From contig OX597817.1 in assembly GCA_951406725.2 (NCBI GenBank), positions 2,356,001-2,420,000 of the forward strand: a stretch of DNA of 64,000 nucleotides, in the 5' to 3' direction. The position numbers and the translations under genes were made by a program. The DNA comes from Octopus vulgaris. Taxonomy: Eukaryota. Below the pieces are notes generated by a model. It made no database searches. It worked only from the letters and a program-made list of their open reading frames with translations, and had not been told where the DNA came from. Shown piece after piece: positions 53,431 to 64,000 of the stretch. Every line of letters starts with the position of its first letter. Position 1 is the stretch's first letter.

Positions 53431-53869
53431 GAGAATTATTTATAAAAGAAATGTATAATTTATAGGAACTAAAAGGTGCTACAAACTTTAGTAACATGAG
53501 TAACAGATTCATCTAAAGGAAAACTGAACAGAAAGGCAGAATAAGGTTTTCTTGAAATTTACAGGAAATGACATTCAAACAATTAATCATTGATACACGT
53601 ATTGTTTATGGAAATTAAAAACGAATGAAACGATAAAAAAACAGAAATGAAAGAATTATATAAATAAATAAAAAAATGAATAATGAATGTGATCGGGGAT
53701 GGCGGTGTTTATCGTTGTAAAATTTGTAGAATTCTTGCATTCAACTGCATTCAACATTCCGGAAACCTTTATGTTTTTGTTCCTTTCACAAAACAGGATA
53801 TGCTTCTTGTGAAAGACTTCAAATGCAAAGTTGTTTTACTAAATACGCATTTAAAATTATATTCACACG

Positions 53870-53940
<71 letters not shown>

Positions 53941-54727
53941 TTATGCTTGCATATGAATGTATATGAATGAGTGGCTGCCTAAGTGCATACTGTACGTGTT
54001 TGCATATATGTTTATGAATACGTATATGTGCATGTTATATATATATATATATATATGTGTGTGCATGTGTGAGTGTGTATGTATATGCATATGCTTACAT
54101 ATGTTTATATACACACATTCACACACACACACACATATATATACATACACATATATATGTGCATGTGTGATATGTATGGTATGTGTGTGGTGAGTATGGG
54201 TGGTGTGTCTGTATGTGGTGAGTGTGTTGTGTGTGTGAAAGAAGATCAGCAATGAATATTTAATATTTGCTACAATTGTTTCTGTATTACAACGTTTCTA
54301 AACACATTCGCTGTAAATGATTCTGAGAGAAAAATTACGTAATATGTATGGTGAGTCTATGAGATGCCATTCCAAAATATTCAACCATACATTATGCCTC
54401 ATTTTTTAAAATGAAATCATGTAGAAGCAATGCGGTTCGAAACGGTGTCAGATAAAAACAATTGTAACTAAAACCAAATTTGTGGTAAATTCACTCTTTT
54501 TTGTCTTCTACATTAGCTTATATGATATTCTTCGATAGATATACTGGTTTTACCAGGAGCTTCTGTACTTTTTACAACATCCCGGTATTTAAGTGCACGT
54601 AACGAGGAGTTCGTATCGATTTCTGCATTGGGACACATTGATTTTCTACTCTATCAGGATCTAAACTGCATTGTGCATATATGTATGGGTGTATGTATGT
54701 ATGTATGTATGTATGTATGTATGCATG

Positions 54728-54795
<68 letters not shown>

Positions 54796-54989
54796 ATGTT
54801 ACATTACTCGGTAGTCAAGATAAAACTCTGAGTTTCAGATGCCGAAGTGGAAATCCACAACACCATCTCTTCGGTTATCTGGCTATTTGAAAACGTTATG
54901 AAAAAATACCGTTAAAAATGAAGGGAAATTACTCTGTTATAACTCTGCTTTGCCTGCGTACTTATACATCGCTCGCATTTTTCGTCATA

Positions 54990-55705
54990 CACCTATCACC
55001 AGCCCAACAATAAGGAAAAGGAATAATAGAAATAGGAAGGTCATCTGGTTTACGCCCCCTTACTCACCCGAGGTGGCCTTCAATATAGGTAAATATTTCC
55101 TAGCACTGATAGATAGACATTTTCCAGTTAACCATGCTTATAGGAAACTCTTCAATAGACACAATTTAAAAATTAGTTTTAGTTCAACTACCAATTTTAA
55201 AAACATAATCAATCATAACATACAAAAAACACAAGAAGAAAACAGCTGTTCATGCAGGAATAAAGAATTGTGCCCGCTAAATGGAGCTTGCATGTCCAAG
55301 ACCATCATATATGAAGCTACCGTAAACTCTATAACCACTAAAGACACCGTTTCGACGAAGAAATACGTGGGCCTGACAGAGGGTAATTTCAAGGCCAGGT
55401 TCAATAACCACACTTTGAGCTTTAGGCACTGGAACAAAAGAAAAGCGACACAATTATCCAATCATATTTGGTCTTTAAGAGATAAAGGTGTCGATTATAA
55501 CATACAATGGAAGATTTTGGCCAGATGTAAGCCCTATACTAACGGCAGCGGAAGGTGCGGTTTATGCGACACGGAGAGATGGCTTATCTGGAAAAGCAGC
55601 TTAGACCCTACCACATGTCTAAATACAAGGACAGAGCTTTTCGGATCATGCCCACATGTGACTAAATTTCTGTTACGTTTTTGGTCCCCTAAAGAAAACG
55701 GATAG
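54990..55705 (+). CDS. PLE ORF C-terminus: linker and GIY-YIG endonuclease (RT missing)
   Basis: WFTPPY...CSCRNKELCPLNGAC...IIYEATV...YVGLTEGNFKARFNNH...CGLC.TE...LN.RTEL..CPH. The frame is uninterrupted, but the annotated start lies inside the inverted pLTR and is not a real start. Confidence 0.85.
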
Positions 55706-55872
55706 AAGATTTTATATATTTTTATATATTTTTATATATTTTTATGTATTTTTATATAATTTTTATGACGAAAAATGCGAGCGATGTATAAGTACGCAGG
55801 CAAAGCAGAGTTATAACAGAGTAATTTCCCTTCATTTTTAACGGTATTTTTTCATAACGTTTTCAAATAGCC

Positions 55873-55935
55873 AGATAACCGAAGAGATGGTGTTGTGGGT
55901 TTCCACTTCGGCATCTGAAACTCAGAGTTTTATCT
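55873..55935 (+). ncRNA. Variant type I hammerhead ribozyme (second copy at 54818-54880, -)
   Basis: AGATAA-CCGAAGA-GATG...CATC-T-GAAA-CTCAGAG-TT-TTATCT. Stems I, II and III pair. The core has U4C and one extra U before GAAA. Confidence 0.65.
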
Positions 55936-56034
55936 TGACTACCGAGTAATGTAACATATTGTATAGATAGATTTCCTCTATTTACATAATATTGAGGTCT
56001 CTTTCTTTCTTTTGTTATCTTACCGTTTTATCAA

Positions 56035-56066
<32 letters not shown>

Positions 56067-56069
56067 AAT

Positions 56070-56351
56070 AAAAAAGGCAGGCAACAGGTTGCTTAGCCAC
56101 ATACCGAAAAAATTAGAAATAGCAGTCAAAGACTGTTTATTTCTATTTTCTACAAGTAAGGCTCCACATACTACATATCCCTGTAATTCACATATGTTTT
56201 CGTTATTTCTTCCTTCTGTTTTGCATTTGTGAATTACAGAGATATGTCGTATGTGGAGTCCCATTTGTAGAAAATAGAAATAAACAGTCTTTGACTGCTA
56301 TTTCTAATTTTTTCGGTATGTGGCTAAGCAACTTGTTGCCTGCATTTTTTT
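56070..56351. repeat. ~123-bp inverted repeat with ~35-nt loop
   Basis: Arms at 56070-56192 and 56228-56351 are reverse complements with few mismatches. Confidence 0.92.
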
Positions 56352-56660
56352 AATATTTATATACAAAATATATATTGAACTTTTATAGAAGTTCCTACCA
56401 TTAATGGTTATATTTACATGCCGAAATCTACCAGTAAATAATTGTTGGTTTTTTAAAAACCATTAAAGCTATAGGCTTTTCTTTCTACGGGTAAATTTCA
56501 CCTGTCTTCCCCTTTACACTTTATATTGACATTTCTGTGATAACGATCCCTATTGATCGAAACCAACCCCCCTTTTTTTATCGCCAAAAGAAAAGCTCTA
56601 CCTTACCTTGTAATTTGTTCCGTCTGTGTAGAGCCCTGTGTGGCTAATAAAGAAACATAT
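56228..56660 (+). mobile_element. Second PLE pLTR with degenerate hammerhead and poly(A) signal
   Basis: GTGATAA-C-GATC-CCTATT-GATC-GAAAC near 56537-56563 is a decayed hammerhead. AATAAA near 56646 precedes (TA)n. Confidence 0.45.
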
Positions 56661-56766
56661 ATATATATTATATATATATATATATATAATATCGAGGCGT
56701 CCATCCGCATTTGTTTTTACATTTATTTTTGTTTTACGTATATATTTTCTTGCAAAGAAAGACAGA

Positions 56767-56847
<81 letters not shown>

Positions 56848-58661
56848 GTGAACTAACAGTGTCGGTGGAGGCGCATGGCTTAGTGGTTGATGTGTTGGAA
56901 TCATGGTCGTAAGATAGTGGTTTCGATTCCTGGACGCGGCGACGCGTTTTGTTCTTTAGCAAAACCTTTCCTCTCACGTTGCTCCAGTTCCCCCAGTTGG
57001 GTATCCGGCGACGGAATGGCGTACCGTCCAGGAGGGAAATATATCATACCAAGGACATGGGTTTGTATGACTCGGAAACGATCTTTCTCCTTTTATCCTA
57101 AACTAAGAGTATAAAACGGCGAAATGCTAACCGTCTGTAAAATTCCAATACCAGCAGCATATTACTCTGCTGTGCACTAAATTGTAAGTACGTCCAACAT
57201 ATTTTTTGCCAATGGACATACTAAAAGTGCTCTCAAGCGAAAAATAGAATTCTGGTTTAAAAATCAATTTTAAGTGAATATCATTTGCATGTTGCTTCTA
57301 GATAAGTTTTAAACTCTCACCTAAACTCTGTATGTTTATTCGTTATTCTGTTTATTACTTAACATTTCTATAGATCTTATACTTGTTAGATAGTGTTTTG
57401 TTATTCTCTTTCCACTATTTCATGTGTTTATTTACATTAAAGATATAAAGAAGAATATACATACATTTTTAAGTTGGAAATTTGAACTTTCAGCCTTACA
57501 AAGATACACTGCTGAGGAATAGGTTTTGAAATGCACTTCTGTGTACAGTGCGATAAGAACATTCATATCAGACAAATAACAACTGTAACCCCATTGGCAA
57601 TATAGACTTAGATGCAAAAATATGATAGCCATTAGAAATAACCATATGCTAGCGAATAAAAAAATAGAAAACTACGGAGAAGAAGGCTGAAGAGGGATAG
57701 TCAAGAGAAACAAACAACAACAAACAAACATACAGACAGACAGGCATACATATAGTCGTAAATGTGGCGTATCTATATATATGTAAATGCATGTATATAT
57801 CTATATATGCATACATGCACAAGTGCGCACTCATTGTATTATATATAAATACACACACACGCACACACATACGCACACACACACACACATTGATGAAAAT
57901 AGTTAAGACAGAGAGCATCTTTTAATGCTGAAAAGCAATATATTTTATGAGCGTTAAGTATTTCAAAGGTCCATCATGAGTAGTATACACTCCAAAAATG
58001 TCGGTCTGTTCAGATACCAGTTTCGCTGATTGCGGTGCGGACAGCGATACGACAGCGTATGTTAAAATGTACCACAACATGGTCACTGTTCGCATCCTAC
58101 ACAGCGCGGTCCGATTCTTAATACACCGACATTTCTCGACAGTTTACTTCTGATGATGGAATTTTATACCTGCAATTTATGAAAGTTACTAAATTTATTT
58201 GTTTTTTACACATTGTATGAAGTTCTCCGTCTCTTCTATTTTACTATTATTATTTTACTTCTTTAACAGAATGTTTCGAGCCAGCTTCTTCTATATATAA
58301 ACATTTATTATTTATGTACATAAACATTTATTATTTTTACTAGGAAAACGTTGATAGTTTCTTTTAAAATTCAATAGACCAGTGGACAGTTGCATATGTA
58401 GCAAATACAGTAAAAATATTTCTCTATATGAAATATTATATATAATGTGGATAAACATAACAGTGGTATTATGACTTCTATGAATATTTGATTTCATAAG
58501 CCATGAAATTTTGTTCTCTTTGTTTTGACTTGATAAATGACAGACAACAGGAATCGTGTTCGGTTTTCTATTTAGCAATACATCTAGTTAGTTATTTCAA
58601 GAAAAATCTATCATGTTATACAATAACAAATGACGTGTAACTTAAAATATATGTAAAACCA

Positions 58662-58815
58662 TAAGAGGGTGTACACAAAAGAAACAGTAATATTATTTTC
58701 TTCACCTAGTTTTACATGTTTATACTTTTATCGCCTTCAAAGTATTCTCCATTTGAAGCAAAGCATCGGTCCAAACGCGTTTTACACTTTTCGAAGCAGT
58801 GCAGAAACTCATGCC
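58662..58815 (-). mobile_element. Mariner 3' fragment
   Basis: Reverse complement encodes EFLHCFEKCKTRLDRCFASNGEYFEG, a mariner C-terminus, followed by a TIR-like end. Confidence 0.65.
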
Positions 58816-60687
58816 TTTTAACAGTGAAGATTTTTATGACATTTCAAAAATTCTTCATTTGAAGTTCTTATGTGAATAGATGCATACATGGACGTATATG
58901 CCGACAGTTTAACACACACAACTCACTTTTTCCATAAACATCAGTAAATTAAAGCAGAAAATCAACCACATCGATATCACAGTATCAACAGGTTTGTGAT
59001 GGGAGATACCTCTTCCACCCCATCATATTATCTTTATTTATTTTGAAAATTAGCCGACGTTTATCGTGGGCACCGTTATCCCTTTTTGCAAGGATTTCTG
59101 ACAGAAACGAAAATTCACATACCTTTCGGGTGATATTCGCAAAAGGATTGACAACAGATCTCAGTTACTGCTTGTACCCGACACTAAAAGAATAAATGGC
59201 AGAGCTGCCTTCCGTGAGAATTGGTTTGGGAAGGTTAAGTGTCGTATATAGCTATTCTACTGATTTTCTTAGCCATCACTTGACATATACGAATTTGGTA
59301 GGATATTCTCGATATTTTGGACCTAGGGTTAAACAGCGTGATCAACAACAACATAATCATAAATCATCTTAGTTTTTACATTCCCCTTCTTTTATTTGCG
59401 TGTGTGCCTCTGTGTATATGTGTGTGTGTGTGTGTGCGTGCGTGAGCGTTTACTTATTTGAGTACAATGGTAACTATTACAGAACAATATTTCAGTCCCT
59501 CCCCAAACTGTATCGTATTCAGCTATTAAGAAATATACACAACTTCGCCAAATGTTATAAATATCTTATCTGGCTTCCTATATTAGATACTTTTCTTCAG
59601 TTACAAAATGAGATACGAATGAAATCAGAACCTATTTACATGATTGATATCTAAAGTGACCTTAAATGACTTTTTGAACTTATATTTTACTAGTTTCCTT
59701 TCCGTGTGTGGGATGTTTGCTTTTTATTATTCAAAAGCTTCTCACTATGTATTGTTCTTAATTCATTTACTCATTTCACTTGAGATTATTTTACAGTCTT
59801 ATCGGACTGTGTTGCTCGTTGAGAAATTCGATCAGAAATATTTAATAGTGCGCCATATTTTGATTCGTCTCTCGTGACTTTCTGAGTTCAAACACTCCAC
59901 AAGGCAATTTTGCTTTTCATTGCCTGTCTGTGAAAGAGGTTGGTAAAATAAATACTAGACATGTACTTGCGGCATTGGTTACCATCATTGGCAGCAGCAT
60001 CGGCATCTCCATCTCCATCGTAATCATCCACACCATCGTGGAAGTCGTCACCGTCCTCTTCCTCTTCATCTTCGCATTCGATGTAATCGCCATTTTCTTT
60101 TCTTAACAGCAATAACAAATAATGATGAAAAGCAACATTTTATATTATATTTGTTCAACTCTACGTTTGACTGCTTCGATGTATCTGTAGGCAAGTAATC
60201 ATTCATATGAAACATGTAGATGTTTTAAGCATCTGAAATTTATTTAGAGGTAGTGGTCTGTATTCTTCGAGCTATGTATGCAATCTGTTCTTTCAAACTG
60301 AAAAGAATGAATAGCTGGCTTATATCTGTACAGGTAAACATCCTAACTTAATTTAGCAGATATCTTAGTAATCTGATCAAACTGTTCTTTGAGTTATTCT
60401 ATCCAAACATCCAAGATACCATTTTATATCAATACACGCATAAGCACACACTCACACCAACATTCACATACTTACATATACACATGCACTTCCTCCCACA
60501 TTCACTCACTCTGACATAGGCAAACTAATTCACTCCAAAATCTCTTCACAAATACACATGCAAACGCGTGTATTTGTAAAGCAAATTTCATTAACTTGAA
60601 TTTGCAGTTCTATTTACTAGTGCAAGTGCAAAATCGTATTTCTTTCAACCTTTCTTTCTCATGCTTGCATTCCCTAAGTAAACATAC

Positions 60688-60765
<78 letters not shown>

Positions 60766-61522
60766 CTGACAGGTGTGTGTCTAAAGTTATCTGCAATAAT
60801 ACATAAGTAAAAGTTAAAGTTTGGAACAAACCAAGTCAATAGAATATCGATGGCAGAAGATCTAAAGTTCGAATAGTCGAAGTTTCACATCACAATATTA
60901 GAGTACGCAAGCATTTCCTCCCGCATCAAATATTTTTAAAGCATTAAGTTTAATATGCATTATATTCCGTTTACGTTTCCGTCTCGCCAGACTGCTTTCA
61001 CTTCGCTTTGATAGCTTCTTTTCAGACATCTTAAATCGTAAAGAAATCCAAAAGTGGCGATGTCACACGATTATCCCCAACAAATATTTATTATTAAAAA
61101 GCATTTTTTAAAAAATGTAAGCAAAAACTGTTCGCTTATTTCTACAGTTCTAAGAATGGAAGTGAGATGAAAATGTGAAGGCGGAGGAAATAATTTTTGA
61201 TTGCAGTTAGTTGATAGGTTTTCAGTTTCAACAGCACTTCGCCCCTTGCACTTCTGATTTCAGCCTCAAAAATTTGCAATCTACTCACAGACTACGCAAA
61301 CACACACAGCTGAGTTTACAAGCTATATATGTAGCTACAGACGTTGCTACAGACGTTGCTACAGACGTTGCTATCATGCAGTTACAACTATTGTTGCTTC
61401 TTGTTGGCTATTCAGACTTTGGCGGGATGACTATGCTGCACGGTTTTATTGGTTATAGTGTAGATGGTAGTTGTATTGATGTTGGTGAAAGATAACGGTG
61501 AGGTGAAGATTTATGTGTGTGC

Positions 61523-61572
<50 letters not shown>

Positions 61573-61713
61573 CACTGCCTTTTGATATCCTTGGTGCTTA
61601 TTTTGATTATAATCACCCCATTTGATTTATATTGATAATACCATACCAAATTCTGGTGTCTTTAACTTAAAGTACCATATTCATCTGAATCTAAATTTTT
61701 GCTACACACACAC

Positions 61714-61790
<77 letters not shown>

Positions 61791-62471
61791 AGGCTGATAG
61801 ATAGATAGATTGATAGATAGAGAGAGATAGAGAAGGAAGGATAGAAATATATTGTGTTCGTAGAAAGTACACACAAACACTGTATTCTCATTGAAAACTC
61901 TTATCTCATATTCCATGTTTATAATGAGGTATACGTAAACATGTGCATAAATACACACGCTCAAACATAAATACATATAAACAGACATGTATGTATGTTT
62001 TATGTATGTATCTTACGTATAGCTTTTATAATTTTTATCTATACCGATATCTTGGCTGGGAAATAGCCATTTGGCCAAGAAGAAAATGTAAGTTTACGAT
62101 TTACTCAAATTTATCTGAGTTTCTGTAAGGGAAAATTACAAATGGTACCCGAAATTTGTATTCATGTATTACAGTTTCCGTTTAGCACGAAATCCTGAAA
62201 GCTGAGATCAACGTAACGCGGGATACATACTAACATATACACGCCTGTGTGTGTGTGTGTGTGTGTGTGTATTGTGTGTGCGTGTGTGTTCGTGCGTGTG
62301 TGTGTGTGTGGGGGGGGGGGTAAAGATAGAAAGAGAGAGAAATGAGATACCTTCTAATAAATACTTTAAAAACTGAAAAACGTAACTAAGTTGAATTGAG
62401 AGGCTACATATATCATAGACACCAAGCTTATTCATTAAGAGCCTTGCTTTGAATACAATTATATACTAATA

Positions 62472-62686
62472 AAAGGCGGTGAGGTGGCAGGAACGTTAGC
62501 ACGACGGGCGAAATGCCTAGTAGTATTTCGTCTGTCTTTACATTCTAAGTTCAAATTCTGCCAAGGTCGACTTTGCCTTTCATCCTTTTGGGGTCGATAA
62601 ATTAAGTGCCAGTTGTGTACTGGGGTCGATGTAATCGACTGGCCCCCTCCCCCAAAATTTCGGGCCTTATACCTAGAGTGGAAAAG
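62472..62686 (+). mobile_element. SINE family D, full length with TSD
   Basis: AAGGCGGTGAGGTGGCAGGAACGTTAGCACG...GTTCAAATTC head. Direct repeat AATTATATACT at about 62457 and 62687. Confidence 0.85.
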
Positions 62687-63649
62687 AATTATATACTCAT
62701 ATTCATGCCGTATGGAAGATGCTATTTTATATTGTTCTTCGCAGTACCAGTGGCATTGGTTTCGATAACTCCATTGGCGTTTGATGCTGTACCTGCACTG
62801 ACACTGCCTTTTGCCATTAAGTTCATGCTTCCACTTAAGTGCTTTTCTAATCGGGTGAACGCCCAGCAATTAGGAGTAGGTGCCTAGTAGTAGTAGTAGT
62901 AGTAGCGGCAACAGCAGCAGCAATTCTGCTGAGGTGTTACGTTGGCTCATAATCAAATGTTGGAAGCTGTATAATTGATTTAATAAATGTTACTATATGA
63001 ATGAGTAAGACTTATATGAATGAATAAAAGCATCCTATTCTCTAGATTCATAACTACCAGTGCTGCCATTGACACAAAGCCACACACTCGTGGTAGAAGT
63101 ATATTGAAGTATATACAATTAAATTAGTATATACAATTGAATTATCTGGTATTTATATTATCTACTTTGGAGGGGTATATTTCAAATGTCTAATATAGAA
63201 GGGTTTTTTTATATACAGGAAGGGGTGAAGAGTCATTTATATTTTGTCTTCTCGTTAGAAGTATTTCCTGGATTGAGAATCACTAATTTTGTGGGATTTC
63301 GTTCAAATTAGATGAATAGCAATATCATACACGGAAGGCTTAAATGTAAAACATATAATGAAGCCCGTTGCCATAAATCATGTAGTTAACATTCTCTCAA
63401 TTATGACACTACTTTGCTCTAAAATTTTTTAAAGTAATAATGATGTTAATTGTGGGTACAAGGTTAGTAATTTTAGAGAAAGGGATAAATCTATTACATC
63501 CTCCTTAGGGCACTACTGGTACTTACTTTTTCGACCCGAAAAGAAGAAAATCAAACTCGACCTCGGCGGAATTTGAACTCAGCATATTCAAACAGAAGCA
63601 TTTTCCTCACGCTCAAGCAATTCCAGAAGTTCGTTACCATATTTTTTCC

Positions 63650-63685
<36 letters not shown>

Positions 63686-64000
63686 TAACGATTCCTTACA
63701 TGGGTTTATGGCCATAAATTTTATGAGAAGAGACCTTGTTAATTACATTGACTCCAGTACTTTATTCTGAAAGGATGAAAATTGAAATCAACCCCATCGG
63801 GGCTTACACGAAAAGTATAAAGTATTGTAATTAAACATCACAAGATATATATTCTGTCGTACTCCCTTTTGTGCTGTAGATTGTTATTTAGTAATAATAA
63901 GGATTCATCTCGCACGGCACAGAATGTGTACAATTCACAATATATTCCAACACAATCGCCAAACAAATTTCCGGTATAATACACACAAACCACCATCCAA

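Larger units (their letters stand above)
54788..56035 (+). mobile_element. 5'-truncated Penelope-like element (Naiad-like) with inverted pLTR
   Basis: Inverted repeats at 54788-54989 and 55764-55965 (202 bp, one mismatch seen) flank an open GIY-YIG ORF. (TA)n on both sides. Confidence 0.92.

Noticed and set aside
55706-55800. SECIS element after the Naiad-like ORF (ATGA at ~55765)
   Set aside because: No in-frame TGA in the visible ORF and no convincing SECIS stem with an apical AA.
62725-62950. Minus-strand signal-peptide-like MSQRNTSAELLLLLPLLLLLL followed by protein-like sequence
   Set aside because: The Leu run comes from (CTG)/(CTA) microsatellites and the frame stops after GTYS. The downstream frame has no convincing exon support.

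Overview
AT-rich, microsatellite-dense eukaryotic (animal) DNA with no supportable host protein-coding gene. The SINE families and abundant (CA)n/(TA)n/(TATG)n/(TAA)n tracts resemble an octopus (coleoid cephalopod) intron or intergenic region; this is an inference. Most ORFs in the supplied track are microsatellite translation artefacts. Real content is a dense set of mobile elements: several tRNA-derived SINE families (some with target-site duplications), RTE, CR1-like and R4/Dong-like LINE remnants, Tc1/mariner elements, a Helitron, a MULE-like MITE with TTAGGG repeats, a Chapaev-like remnant and several Penelope-like element (PLE) fragments. Highlights: a type I hammerhead ribozyme with a canonical core (30656-30747, -); further variant hammerheads, including two copies in the ~202-bp inverted repeats of a young Naiad-like PLE (54788-55965); a near full-length U6 snRNA copy fused between two tRNA-SINE heads (6498-6609, -); and restriction-like-endonuclease (RLE) LINE ends in (TAA)n and (TACA)n microsatellites. 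Coordinates were counted by eye. Those given with TIRs/TSDs should be within a few bases; edges of decayed elements are approximate.
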